39,081 nt of DNA from a virus (taxonomy: Duplodnaviria; Caudoviricetes): positions 1 to 39,081 of IMG/VR virus record IMGVR_UViG_3300044477_000047, one strand, 5' to 3'. Below are positions 9,547-18,822 of the stretch, piece after piece. The translations under genes were made by a program, and so were the position numbers. Within the stretch, counting starts at the first letter, position 1. Each line of letters starts with the position of its first letter. A model generated the notes under the pieces. That model was given only the letters and a program-made list of their open reading frames with translations. It searched no databases and had not been told where the DNA came from.

Positions 9547-11552
9547 TATGCCACCTGCCCGGTCATTCCAACCATGTTGAACCCGGTAACGTCTGAGTTG
9601 TTCCGGATGATCTGTGCAAGCCTGGCCGCAGTTTCTCCTGTTTCCAAGTAGTCACCCTGGACAACGATTGTTGCACTCTTCGTTTGGACCTTCTCCGCAG
9701 ATACTGAAGTCGATGCGCTGCTTGAAGACGACCCGCTTGATGTCTGTTCTGATCCACCCGAAGACGACCCGCTTGATCCTGAAGAGGATCCAGACGACGA
9801 CCCTCCTAGTCTGCTAGAAAGTCCCTTTACGAGTCCACCGAGAGCCATAAGCCCTACACCTGCTGCAATCATTCCAGGATTTGGACCAAGCGGCGGGAAC
9901 GCTCCGGACAGAACCATGAACGTCCCGAACTGGATTGCCAAATCACCGAGCATCGACAAAAGAGCCTTGCCGAGTTTTCCAGCTGCGTTGTCCGCTCCTG
10001 CTCCAAGGTCCTCGAAAAATCCGGTGAATGCACCCGCAAGTCCGTTTACGACAACTGTCCCTGCGCTTTGAACCGATGCAAGCTTCTGTTTCATTGCAAC
10101 GGTTACGCTGTTTGCGAACCCGTTCCAGTTGGTATAGCTGCTAAGTAGCTGGTTACGCTCGGCCTGAACCCTGTCACGTTCAAGCTGTTCGATTGCAATA
10201 ACCTTTCGCTGCTCGATGTCGACGATTCTGTTTTTGTACTCTTCTGCGCTTATCAATCCCTGAGAGTGCTGTGTTGCTGTCTGGGCAGTTTCTTCGCTCA
10301 ACTCTGTCATGAGCATGGCTTTTCTTTTTGAGAAAGAAGCCTCCCGAGCACGTTCATCTTCTTCGGTGTAAAGATAGAGCGCCTGAAGTTCTGCCTGTGC
10401 CTGGAACTCCTTCATGGCTTTCTCACCCATTATTTCAATCTGGGTGTTCTGTCGAAGTGATGTAGTCTTTGCCGCTACTTCAGAAGCAACTGCTCCCTTC
10501 TGGGTTTCGAGTTCAATCAACCGCTTCTCTGCTTCTTCAAGCTGCTTATCAATTTCAACGACCTTCTGTTTTCCGGAAACGGCGGCACTCTGCGCGGCGG
10601 CAAACCCGCCACCCATACCAGCACCGAATGTCATTTTAGGCATGAACGACTCTTCGCTGCCCTTTGACAGGTCCTCCCGATCCTTCTTGAGTTTAGCAAT
10701 TGAGTCGCGAACCAATTTTATTTCTGATTCGACATTCGTTAGTTTCATCGTCGGCGTTTCCTTCATCAATCCAAGGAACGTCAATGTTGAAACAGAAGCT
10801 TGTGTCAGCATGTTGATAAGCTTTTCAAGTGTCGGAAGAGAACGTATGCGCATCTGGTCGAAAAAATCAGTCCAGACATTTTGCAACCGCTTGACAGCCT
10901 GTCCTGTTCCGTCCAGTTTACCTTCAACTGATTTGTACTTTCCCTCGATCTGGGCTAGAACCTGATTCAGATTTTCTGTTCTATCCCCGGTGTCCTTGAT
11001 GACAACGCCAAGGTCTTTCAAACTCCTGAATGCCCCTGTGCTAACGGCTCTTGTGATCTGCTGGAAAATCTGTTCGGATGACTTCCCAGAAATCCCCATC
11101 TGTTCAAGAGCATCTGACGCCTTCATGATCTGCGGGACAAGATCAGCCTTAACATTATTCTGAAGAGCGTATGCGGCAAGTCTCATGCTTTCGAGTCTCG
11201 ATGTCGACCCGTCTGCTGCGGCTGTCATTGCCGTAAGCATTGATTCACCGGAAACGCCAATCGATTTTGTTAGTTGATCGAATGAAACGCCGATGTTTTT
11301 CACTCGTGAATTTTCTTCGATGGTTTCAAGTCCGTGTTTAAACGCCTCTACTGCCTTTTCACCGAGTTCAATCGCCTGGTTAACTCCAATGAACCCAATT
11401 GCAAGGTGACTGAAATGAGGTGTTGACGACTCGGCACCGTTAGAAACGGAATCAAAAAACTTTCCGGTAGACGAACTGACACCCTTTAGCGTCGTACTAT
11501 ATCCACTGTCGTCTAGCTTTATTCTGAGAAGGACGGTGTTTTCTTCTTCCAC
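9546..11552 (-). CDS. Tail tape measure protein
   Basis: 668 aa, helical/coiled-coil with hydrophobic Gly/Ala C-terminal segments. Follows the chaperone pair. Confidence 0.88.
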   Translation of the reverse strand: MEEENTVLLRIKLDDSGYSTTLKGVSSSTGKFFDSVSNGAESSTPHFSHLAIGFIGVNQAIELGEKAVEAFKHGLETIEENSRVKNIGVSFDQLTKSIGVSGESMLTAMTAAADGSTSRLESMRLAAYALQNNVKADLVPQIMKASDALEQMGISGKSSEQIFQQITRAVSTGAFRSLKDLGVVIKDTGDRTENLNQVLAQIEGKYKSVEGKLDGTGQAVKRLQNVWTDFFDQMRIRSLPTLEKLINMLTQASVSTLTFLGLMKETPTMKLTNVESEIKLVRDSIAKLKKDREDLSKGSEESFMPKMTFGAGMGGGFAAAQSAAVSGKQKVVEIDKQLEEAEKRLIELETQKGAVASEVAAKTTSLRQNTQIEIMGEKAMKEFQAQAELQALYLYTEEDERAREASFSKRKAMLMTELSEETAQTATQHSQGLISAEEYKNRIVDIEQRKVIAIEQLERDRVQAERNQLLSSYTNWNGFANSVTVAMKQKLASVQSAGTVVVNGLAGAFTGFFEDLGAGADNAAGKLGKALLSMLGDLAIQFGTFMVLSGAFPPLGPNPGMIAAGVGLMALGGLVKGLSSRLGGSSSGSSSGSSGSSSGGSEQTSSGSSSSSASTSVSAEKVQTKSATIVVQGDYLETGETAARLAQIIRNNSDVTGFNMVGMTGQVA

Positions 11553-11873
11553 TCAACCACCCCCGAAAATTTGAGCAAATTCTTTTGTACTGATTTCATT
11601 GTCTGACTCTTTGTATTTTAAAACGGATCTGGTCCCTTGTCGATACTGGGCGATTCTGTCCTTTATTTCATCTGCGGGATAGTGCGGGATACAGAGAACA
11701 GCCGCATGTACAAGTGACTTGTGGCATTGGATCGCATCCATTGCGTGATAAGCGGCATAGAACCTGCGAACCTTCATGCGTAGAACGTGTTCATCAGTCC
11801 AACCGTAGAACTCGCAAACAGTGAATATCGCAATTTCGAGATCAAGTTCTGCTACTTCTGGTCCTTCTAAGTT
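11553..11873 (-). CDS. Tail assembly chaperone, -1 frameshift extension (gpT-like part of G-T)
   Basis: The -1 frame is open from the A9 run and reads NLEGPEVAELDLEIAIFTVCEFYGWTDEHVLR into track ORF 11553..11777. Confidence 0.8.
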   Translation of the reverse strand, partial: NLEGPEVAELDLEIAIFTVCEFYGWTDEHVLRMKVRRFYAAYHAMDAIQCHKSLVHAAVLCIPHYPADEIKDRIAQYRQGTRSVLKYKESDNEISTKEFAQIFGGG

Positions 11874-12163
11874 TTTTTTTCATCCTCTGAAAAACCATTT
11901 GTCAGCTTGAATATGACATCCCACAAGGCAAAAATCTTCTGCACTGTGAGTTTCTCTATCGACTTGGTATTGAACTCCGGGCATGAAGCAAGAATCATTT
12001 TTTCAGCCCATGGAAGTATTTTACTGAAGTCTGATCCGTCCGGACGCTTGTTCAAAATGTCGGCATACGTTCCTAGTTCAAGCTGATTGAAGGTGTAAAC
12101 CTTACCCTCGAACTCCACTTCAGCCACGATGTTTGCAATGTTGTCCAGATTGATTTTCTTCAT
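11867..12163 (-). CDS. Tail assembly chaperone (gpG-like)
   Basis: Lies between the tail tube and TMP genes. Ends GAA AAA AAA ACT TAG. Confidence 0.8.
   Translation of the reverse strand: MKKINLDNIANIVAEVEFEGKVYTFNQLELGTYADILNKRPDGSDFSKILPWAEKMILASCPEFNTKSIEKLTVQKIFALWDVIFKLTNGFSEDEKKT
11871..11881 (-). other. Programmed -1 ribosomal frameshift site (G-A9-C; A AAA AAA)
   Basis: Nine T at 11872-11880 on +, forming an in-frame XXXYYYZ heptamer just before the stop. Confidence 0.8.
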
Positions 12164-12187
12164 ACATTCATCGAATCATGCCTTCTG

Positions 12188-12226
12188 AAAAAAAACAAGG
12201 GGCTTGCCATTTTCCGGACAAGCCCC
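12188..12226 (-). terminator. Intrinsic terminator after the major tail gene
   Basis: GGGGCTTG/CAAGCCCC stem (12199-12226) followed by TTGTTTTTTTT on the minus strand. Confidence 0.7.
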
Positions 12227-12265
12227 CCGTCCCTCCATGAACTCGCGGATTACTCCGCGCCCAGG

Positions 12266-13120
12266 TCAACCAATGTATGCCGCTGTCGTTGCCACGGTGA
12301 AAACGTCACCCTCTTCAAAGTCCGTCGCACCTGCGGAAATGGTGAACCCGATTTCCGACTTTGTAGGCTCAAGTGTGTTCGACTTGAACGCCGTGCCAAC
12401 CGTTGCGACTCCGCGTGATCCAGTAACGGATCCTGATACAGAGAACAGACCGCCACCAGTAACCTTCTTGATGCACGTCGCCGTCCATGTTTCGCTCTTC
12501 GTGAATTCATTGCTTATGACGATCGAACCCATCGTACCGTTACCAGTTCCGGTACGGACAGGAGTGCCGGCATCAGCATCAGTTACTCCAACGCTCGGGT
12601 CTCCATATACACAGAAATGCTGATTAGCCGGTTTCGACAGATCCGGGAACAGAACGAAATTCACTTCGATAACGATCTGCTTTTCTGGACCGTAAGTGAT
12701 TTCAGATTCGCCAGTTGCCGCAGCAAGCCACGCGGTCCAATCTCCGGAAAGATCAGTGTCGTCAAGGTTTTGAGGGTGAAGATTGAGCAATGCGGCTTTC
12801 GCGAGAAGGCTGTCACCCACGTTCGTTCCGAAGATTACGACTTTCTTTGCCCCTTCAGTGACGACCTGTGACATAGGGAAGGCAACCTTAATGTTTTCAA
12901 CGGTCAACTCAGTGAGCGGAACCTTGATGCTGAATGTCTTCCCCACGTTTATTTTGTCGATGATCGTCTTGGCCAACTGGTCAACGGTTATGTCAGAGAA
13001 TTCTTCCTTCGCTTTCACGGATACACCGCCAGAAGTGAACCCGACATTCACCCCGTTGAACTTCACTTTGCACGGCGTTAGTTTTACGTTTCCAGGTGTT
13101 CCTACGTAGGTCTTTCCCAT
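12266..13120 (-). CDS. Major tail (tube) protein with C-terminal extra domain
   Basis: NVKLTPCKV..GVNVGFTSGGV is typical of siphoviral tube proteins. GGAGG RBS; synteny. Confidence 0.85.
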   Translation of the reverse strand: MGKTYVGTPGNVKLTPCKVKFNGVNVGFTSGGVSVKAKEEFSDITVDQLAKTIIDKINVGKTFSIKVPLTELTVENIKVAFPMSQVVTEGAKKVVIFGTNVGDSLLAKAALLNLHPQNLDDTDLSGDWTAWLAAATGESEITYGPEKQIVIEVNFVLFPDLSKPANQHFCVYGDPSVGVTDADAGTPVRTGTGNGTMGSIVISNEFTKSETWTATCIKKVTGGGLFSVSGSVTGSRGVATVGTAFKSNTLEPTKSEIGFTISAGATDFEEGDVFTVATTAAYIG

Positions 13121-13138
13121 TTTCAAATCCTCCCTTTA

Positions 13139-13657
13139 TTAGTTGAGTCTTTCATACCGTTCGACTTCAAGTCTGATTGATGCTTCCCGTCTAAACCCTC
13201 TTTCTTTTGAATCCGTCGGTACGAGAAGCGGTGAGAACTCTGTGCTTATGCATTTGATGATAATTGTGATTGCATCTTCGGTCAACTGCTCCAAGTGAAG
13301 CAGGTGTATCAGCGCGTCAGCGTATCGAAGTATTGATCGCGTCATGTTCACTTCTTTAATGTCCTGAATCACAACGCGCAGATCGATGACATCGGTGAAC
13401 CACATCATGTTTCCGGAGTTTTCACGATGTGTCTTGCTACCGATTGGTATGACAAAAACCGCAGGTGGCTCAATCGGGCTGTTCTGATCCGACCTATAGA
13501 ACTTGAACACTGGTGACATGCTGCACACGTTCGGCCTTCCGTCGGCGTACTCCTTGAGTTTGGCATTCAGCCTTGAAGGACCACCGACATCAACCGACGT
13601 TCTCAAGAAGTCGATGATTTTCTCTACGGTGTACTCTGTTCCTCCCATAACGCTCAT
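13139..13657 (-). CDS. Tail terminator/completion protein
   Basis: Immediately upstream of the tube gene; PAVFVIP motif; size fits. Confidence 0.6.
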   Translation of the reverse strand: MSVMGGTEYTVEKIIDFLRTSVDVGGPSRLNAKLKEYADGRPNVCSMSPVFKFYRSDQNSPIEPPAVFVIPIGSKTHRENSGNMMWFTDVIDLRVVIQDIKEVNMTRSILRYADALIHLLHLEQLTEDAITIIIKCISTEFSPLLVPTDSKERGFRREASIRLEVERYERLN

Positions 13658-14136
13658 AAAAGCTTCCCTTTCTTCTTTGCGAATTGTCCAATGAGTGATG
13701 ACATCACCATCGTCATTCGGTGGATAAGCTCAGGAGTAACGCGTATGAACGTCCTTGCTTCCATGTTCTCGGTACCTGTCTGATGGTACTTCGCATATGG
13801 AACGAACTCATCCTGCACGCCCATCCATGACTCAGCGCCAGAATTGACAAAGAAACTACCCTTTGCCCGTTTCCCTTCGAATGCGGCTTTCGCAAGTTTG
13901 CCAGATATGACCAACTTGGTTTTACCCGGGTACTTTCGCGCCTTCCATTCCTTGTACGATTTGTTCTTGTAGTCGGCCCAACCTCCGATACCCCATGCCT
14001 CACCCTCAGTTGAGAATATCTGCTTTTCAACATCGAGAAATTCATTGTGAAGAAAATTCTGGATAGTTTTGAGCGGCAATGCTGGAAGCATCTTCTCGAT
14101 GACGTTCGATTCTATCTTCCCAAATGATACTCTCAT
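13654..14136 (-). CDS. Virion morphogenesis / neck protein (Mu gpG-like)
   Basis: Motifs LVISGKL, VPYAKYHQTGT and MEARTF. Confidence 0.8.
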   Translation of the reverse strand: MRVSFGKIESNVIEKMLPALPLKTIQNFLHNEFLDVEKQIFSTEGEAWGIGGWADYKNKSYKEWKARKYPGKTKLVISGKLAKAAFEGKRAKGSFFVNSGAESWMGVQDEFVPYAKYHQTGTENMEARTFIRVTPELIHRMTMVMSSLIGQFAKKKGKLL

Positions 14137-14777
14137 CGCCTGGGAATGAATGACCGTTTCGGTTCGCTGATGATCGACATAGCAGGTTCGTTGTTACGTC
14201 CCTGCCTGGTGTAGTATTCGTCACGCTTTGTGATCGCCTCTTTTGCGTACCGCTCGGACAGCTTCATGAACTTGTCCACTGAGTCACCGTCTTCTTGTCT
14301 TTCTGTCAAGTGGAACTGTGAAGACCGGCTTTCTGTGAACCTGGTTGACAGCGCGTTGTAAGCCTTCGACGCAGCAGCATAGAGAACCGCCACCTGAAGT
14401 CCGACCGGTATTGATGATGTGTCTGTCAGCCCAAGAGTTTCGGCGCATCCGAACCGCAGGAAAGCGGTCAATTCTTCGTCTGTCCAGAAAAAGAACGCTC
14501 CGGAGATCTCGGGAATTGATCCGACTTCTGGTGCTTCGTCGAGTTCGACTTCCCCAGCCAACGGGTCGGTGATCGCTCCATCAACGTCTGACGTTCCGAC
14601 TTCGGTTTTCACATGGAACTTCGGTTCTGGATCCTCGACAAGACGGACGTTGAAAACATAGAAAGCCTTATTCGTTCCGTCAACTGTTCCAAGTAACGCC
14701 TGATGTCGAAACCGTTTGTTGTCGGACGTGTCACCCAAGAACATTCGAAGATCAGAAACCGAAGTTGTCCATGACAT
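14133..14777 (-). CDS. Head-tail adaptor protein
   Basis: Start reassigned to ATG 14777 (GGAGG RBS). Motifs VSDLRMFLGD and FWTDEELTAFL. Confidence 0.7.
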   Translation of the reverse strand: MSWTTSVSDLRMFLGDTSDNKRFRHQALLGTVDGTNKAFYVFNVRLVEDPEPKFHVKTEVGTSDVDGAITDPLAGEVELDEAPEVGSIPEISGAFFFWTDEELTAFLRFGCAETLGLTDTSSIPVGLQVAVLYAAASKAYNALSTRFTESRSSQFHLTERQEDGDSVDKFMKLSERYAKEAITKRDEYYTRQGRNNEPAMSIISEPKRSFIPRR

Positions 14778-14779
14778 GA

Positions 14780-15184
14780 TTATTCCTCCAAGAACGCGAT
14801 GACTTCCCCCAGGCTCATCGTTGCGTCCTGGTAGGTGTACTTGTGACCATTCTTCTTGCAAAGCTGTTTACGGGCTTTTACGTCGTCCTGATTCGCCTTT
14901 CTTGGGATGATGTCAAAGATTATTCCAGAACCGATGTACTGCCTTGAAAAGTTCACCTTCCTTCCGTTCAGGAATGCCCAAGGGAAGTTGGGACCACGGA
15001 CATACGGACCCGGATCATCCAGAGCCTTTTCAAGTTCAGATTGACCGGTTTTTTTCGGTTTCTTCTCTTCGAGTTCTTCCCGGTCCTGTTCCTGCGATCG
15101 AGTCTCAACATCAGGACTCAGAGAAGAGCCCTTTCCACTTGCGACAACAGGCTTATTGCTATTCTGAAAATGATTCCTGCTCAT
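14780..15184 (-). CDS. Hypothetical protein (head module)
   Basis: ATGA-coupled start at 15184. Confidence 0.6.
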   Translation of the reverse strand: MSRNHFQNSNKPVVASGKGSSLSPDVETRSQEQDREELEEKKPKKTGQSELEKALDDPGPYVRGPNFPWAFLNGRKVNFSRQYIGSGIIFDIIPRKANQDDVKARKQLCKKNGHKYTYQDATMSLGEVIAFLEE

Positions 15185-15573
15185 GACTTCGACACCGCTC
15201 CAACTGTGAGGGTTACCGATCCGACAACCGTCAGTTTCAGGCGGCATCGGTACCCGACACCCGTCAGATGCGAAATCGGATTTGTTCCGTTTACCAAAGT
15301 GATCTCTGTTCCGACATCATGCCACACAAGGTCACTTTCAACTTCAGATGAGAAGTCACCTACCGAACATGCAGGGTTGAGTGTCTGGACCTGTATCTTG
15401 CACGTGTTTGATTCGTCGATTCCTGATACGTAGGGGAATATATCGAGCGTCTGAGCAGCCTGTGACTCAATGTGTCTAGAGTAATGGGTTCCAGCAGTGA
15501 ACGCCTCTGCGTTCAATACCGCGTGTGCGATATGGGCGCGATGCACAAGATTCAGGTGGGTTCTTTTCAACAT
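15181..15573 (-). CDS. Putative structural protein (beta-rich)
   Basis: AGGAG RBS and ATG at 15573, directly after the MCP. Confidence 0.6.
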   Translation of the reverse strand: MLKRTHLNLVHRAHIAHAVLNAEAFTAGTHYSRHIESQAAQTLDIFPYVSGIDESNTCKIQVQTLNPACSVGDFSSEVESDLVWHDVGTEITLVNGTNPISHLTGVGYRCRLKLTVVGSVTLTVGAVSKS

Positions 15574-15605
15574 GATTCGATCTCCTTTGTTCAAAGCGTA
15601 ACACG

Positions 15606-15639
15606 AAAAAAGCCGGGATAGAATTTCTTCCACCCCGGC
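15606..15639 (-). terminator. Probable terminator after the major capsid gene
   Basis: GCCGGG/CCCGGC stem plus T6 on the minus strand. Confidence 0.55.
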
Positions 15640-15663
15640 CCTTTCATTTCAACAAATCACGGC

Positions 15664-16818
15664 CTACGAAGTAACCGTTCCATCGTTCATCTGGATCCAG
15701 AAACGAGGGTCGATCCAGTCGCACTCGAAACGGGTACGAACTCGGTGACGGTAGGCGTCAACCTCAAAGGCATCACCTGAATTCGGTGCCTCCTGAGTAA
15801 CTTCGAGCGGATCGCGCTGCTGGAACACGATACCCGCTCCCTTCTTGCCGACCTGCCAAGCATAGTCGGGAACAAAAACGCTGAAGTCTACTTCGTAGAT
15901 CCCTTTGTACGGGTTCTTGGAAGCCATTCCGCCGGGAACTCCAGCGGCCTTGCTACCCTGTGCAGAAGGCCACAGGTCGGATTCTGTCATCACTCGTGCG
16001 GCATGGATGTCCGTCTTTGATACAATCAACGCGTCAGCAGTGATCGCAATCGGATTTCCCTGCAAGTCCTTCTGAGCAAGAGCCATTTGGAAAGCGGATT
16101 CAAGTGCGGACTCGCTGAATCGCACGAACGTGTCTGGACGGTTACGGCCACCACCTGTCAACGCTGTTTTGAACACACCACCTGGATATGTTTTCGACAT
16201 CGAAACAGCATCACCGTAGACAACTCCAGACTTACCCAGGAACCGGGTAAGAGCGTAGTAATCCAGATACAGCGCGGCATTCTCTCCAAGTTCTCCGGCT
16301 TTCTTCTGGATCTGGGAAGTCTGGTCATCGTCGATCATTTCACGGGTAACGGAGAACATCGCCCCGAACTTCCCGTTTTCGATCATGACATCCAGACCCT
16401 CGACACTGACTTCAGGGAATTTGTCACCAGGAGCAACGCGGCGAATGTTCGTAGCCCGGTGAAGTGGGGAATAGAACTCCGCAAGTTTGTTCGAGGTCGT
16501 GAATTCCATGATTTTGTCGTACAGAGTCGGGTGAAGAAGGTACTTGTCGTTCGCAATGTTGAGCACACCGGCACGCGTAAGAGCGCCGAGCGTTGAAGCC
16601 GTGTTGCGTTCCTTCAGGCGGAACGAAGCATTCACTGCATTTTCTCGCATACGCTTGAAGCTGAAGAGAGGATCGTTGAAATTGAAAATCGGATTCCCGT
16701 TCCTTCCCTTAGCGTCAAGGTCGATCCCGTAGGATTCGCGAAGACTTTTCTTGATCCGGTCGACGTACTTTTTCTGCATCGACTCTTTGAGAATTCTGTT
16801 TCTCTCGTTCTGAATCAT
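15664..16818 (-). CDS. Major capsid protein (Mu gpT-like, HK97 fold)
   Basis: KFGAMFSVTREMIDDD motif; C-terminal DWIDPRF; synteny. Confidence 0.88.
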   Translation of the reverse strand: MIQNERNRILKESMQKKYVDRIKKSLRESYGIDLDAKGRNGNPIFNFNDPLFSFKRMRENAVNASFRLKERNTASTLGALTRAGVLNIANDKYLLHPTLYDKIMEFTTSNKLAEFYSPLHRATNIRRVAPGDKFPEVSVEGLDVMIENGKFGAMFSVTREMIDDDQTSQIQKKAGELGENAALYLDYYALTRFLGKSGVVYGDAVSMSKTYPGGVFKTALTGGGRNRPDTFVRFSESALESAFQMALAQKDLQGNPIAITADALIVSKTDIHAARVMTESDLWPSAQGSKAAGVPGGMASKNPYKGIYEVDFSVFVPDYAWQVGKKGAGIVFQQRDPLEVTQEAPNSGDAFEVDAYRHRVRTRFECDWIDPRFWIQMNDGTVTS

Positions 16819-16831
16819 TTTTATTTCCCCC

Positions 16832-17317
16832 TTATCCGACCAGGTTATTCATGCGGCTGTACATGAAAACCGGCACTTTGGTTGAAGCAGCGACTGTGAG
16901 CGAAGCAGTTCCGGAAGGCAATCGGACGTATCCAACGGCCTTCTGTGGTGTTTCACCCTGACCAGTTCCACCCTGAGTTTTTTTGACAGTCGTGGAATTC
17001 GCGCCAACATAGACTTCATCGAAGTCATAGAGCACGTCATTCACAGTACCGTCCATCTCGAAAATGTCGTTGAACTCAGCGTTGATCTGCTCGGGTAGGC
17101 TTGTCGTATCGTTCTTCACATTTCCGCGTGCGGGAACGCAGTCAGACGAAACGCCAAGAAGATTCGTTGCAACGTCGGCGGCACTGACTGGAACTGCGAT
17201 ATGACTCGACGCGTCCCATTTTACCATTTCACCCTGCACAATCGGGTAGTTTGCAGAATCAACCTTCAAATCGCCATGAAAGAAACCACGAACACGCTTT
17301 GCATTTTTATTATACAT
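16832..17317 (-). CDS. Head decoration / capsid cement protein
   Basis: 161 aa between protease-scaffold and MCP. IVQGEMV..LLGVS pattern. Confidence 0.65.
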   Translation of the reverse strand: MYNKNAKRVRGFFHGDLKVDSANYPIVQGEMVKWDASSHIAVPVSAADVATNLLGVSSDCVPARGNVKNDTTSLPEQINAEFNDIFEMDGTVNDVLYDFDEVYVGANSTTVKKTQGGTGQGETPQKAVGYVRLPSGTASLTVAASTKVPVFMYSRMNNLVG

Positions 17318-17326
17318 GGTCCCTCC

Positions 17327-18532
17327 TTATTCGCTCTGATCGAAAGTCGAGGTCATATCCTGAACCCGACTCGATCCGTTACCGGCTTCACGGGCCGGGT
17401 TGAAACCGGGGATTGTCCGGAGTTTCTTTTCGCGTTCACAAATCGTCCGCATGTGCTTCTCGCTGGAACACTCACGGAGGATTGGTCGAAGGTCTTCTGC
17501 GCTTTCCTCAAGGCCAAACGAACGAATCACGGTGTCAATCGCATCACCGGACTTCAGAGCGTTCAACTGTTTCTTGAGTTCGCCATTCTCCTTGCTGATC
17601 GATCGTAGGGATTCGCGGATCTCAATAAGAGCATCGGACTCACCCTTTGAACGGGCTGCGGCTTCGCGTTTTGCCTTTTCTTCGGTTTCCTTCTTCTCTT
17701 CGGATTCCTTTTTCGCCTTCTCTTCGGCTTCCTCAGCTTCGCGCTTTTTCTTCGCTTCCTCTGACTCACCATGGGTGATCTGTAGCTGTCCCTCTTCTTT
17801 GTCCAGCTTGTCCTTCATGGCGTCCATGATCTCTTCAGCCTCTTTCATCTTGCCCTGTTTCATTTTCTCGTGGGCTTTCAAAAAACTTTCATGCATAGCT
17901 TTCCTCCCTTTCGATTTCAAAGAGCCACGAATGGACTCTATGAGTTGTTTGAACCCGCCACCGGCACCTGCCTGGGTGACTATATCTGCGCTTTCCGGGT
18001 GAAGTTCTTCAACGACGTTCACCGTTTCAGTCAGCTTTGCCGCCTCCTGCAACTTCGCCTTTACTTCTGGATTAGAAACCGTTTTCAAAACTTCGTCAAT
18101 ACTTGACTGTTTGCCGTCACCTCCTCCGTAAATTGATATCGCATAGAGTTCCTTATCCGGAAACTCCTTGATGAACTCAACCGCGTTCTGGACCATATCC
18201 CATGCCCATTGAAATGAGGGACCATCGTTGATTTTAAGAGTTCCGGCAAGACGTCCACGGCCACCGGTTTCAACCGCACGGCAGTTTTTCCAGTACCCGA
18301 CAACATCCTTGACTGATCGCTCGGGTTGGTTTTCTTCCTGAGTGAGAGTCTTGTGGTCGGCGTTCGCCTTGACGCCGTTGAATCTCGCTGCGGATGCGCG
18401 GATGCAACCAGCCGTATAGAAGTTGAAATCAATCAGGTTTCCAAGACCCTCTTCGAGCATGATCACGTTTTCGATCTCTCTCTTGTCCTGGTTGACCTTT
18501 GCTTCTCTGAGATTCAATCGGATAGTTTTCAT
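17327..18532 (-). CDS. Prohead protease-scaffold fusion
   Basis: N-terminal domain with ADH, ERSVKDVVG and SADIVTQAGAGG. Highly charged coiled-coil C-terminal half. Confidence 0.8.
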   Translation of the reverse strand: MKTIRLNLREAKVNQDKREIENVIMLEEGLGNLIDFNFYTAGCIRASAARFNGVKANADHKTLTQEENQPERSVKDVVGYWKNCRAVETGGRGRLAGTLKINDGPSFQWAWDMVQNAVEFIKEFPDKELYAISIYGGGDGKQSSIDEVLKTVSNPEVKAKLQEAAKLTETVNVVEELHPESADIVTQAGAGGGFKQLIESIRGSLKSKGRKAMHESFLKAHEKMKQGKMKEAEEIMDAMKDKLDKEEGQLQITHGESEEAKKKREAEEAEEKAKKESEEKKETEEKAKREAAARSKGESDALIEIRESLRSISKENGELKKQLNALKSGDAIDTVIRSFGLEESAEDLRPILRECSSEKHMRTICEREKKLRTIPGFNPAREAGNGSSRVQDMTSTFDQSE

Positions 18533-18822
18533 GCAGCGCCCTCGATCTTGAATCGGAACACGATGTCAATTGTTCCGGCTTGGTTTGGTACAATGTTTGT
18601 CATTGATTTAACGCAGTCGGGATTTATTCCCTCGTTAATCAAGTATCGTTCAAACTGTTCTGGATTGTCAAACCGTCGCCCGTTGCACTCTATGTACCGC
18701 TTCTTGTGGTTCGGCAAGCTGCAATTCATGGCATCCATATATGTGAACTCATTGTCCAGTTGTTTCTTAAGCTTTGCCATGCGGCCGAAATAATCAGCAC
18801 GCTCCTTGGAATAGTCCTTCAT
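18529..18822 (-). CDS. Hypothetical protein
   Basis: ATGA-coupled at both ends. Confidence 0.6.
   Translation of the reverse strand: MKDYSKERADYFGRMAKLKKQLDNEFTYMDAMNCSLPNHKKRYIECNGRRFDNPEQFERYLINEGINPDCVKSMTNIVPNQAGTIDIVFRFKIEGAA

Noticed and set aside
9715-9800. Repeated GAAGACGACCCGCTTGA in the TMP 3' end
   Set aside because: Explained by a low-complexity Ser/Gly linker.
10414-18002. Long plus-strand ORFs opposite TMP, MCP and scaffold genes
   Set aside because: Antisense shadows of well-supported genes, with no independent motifs.
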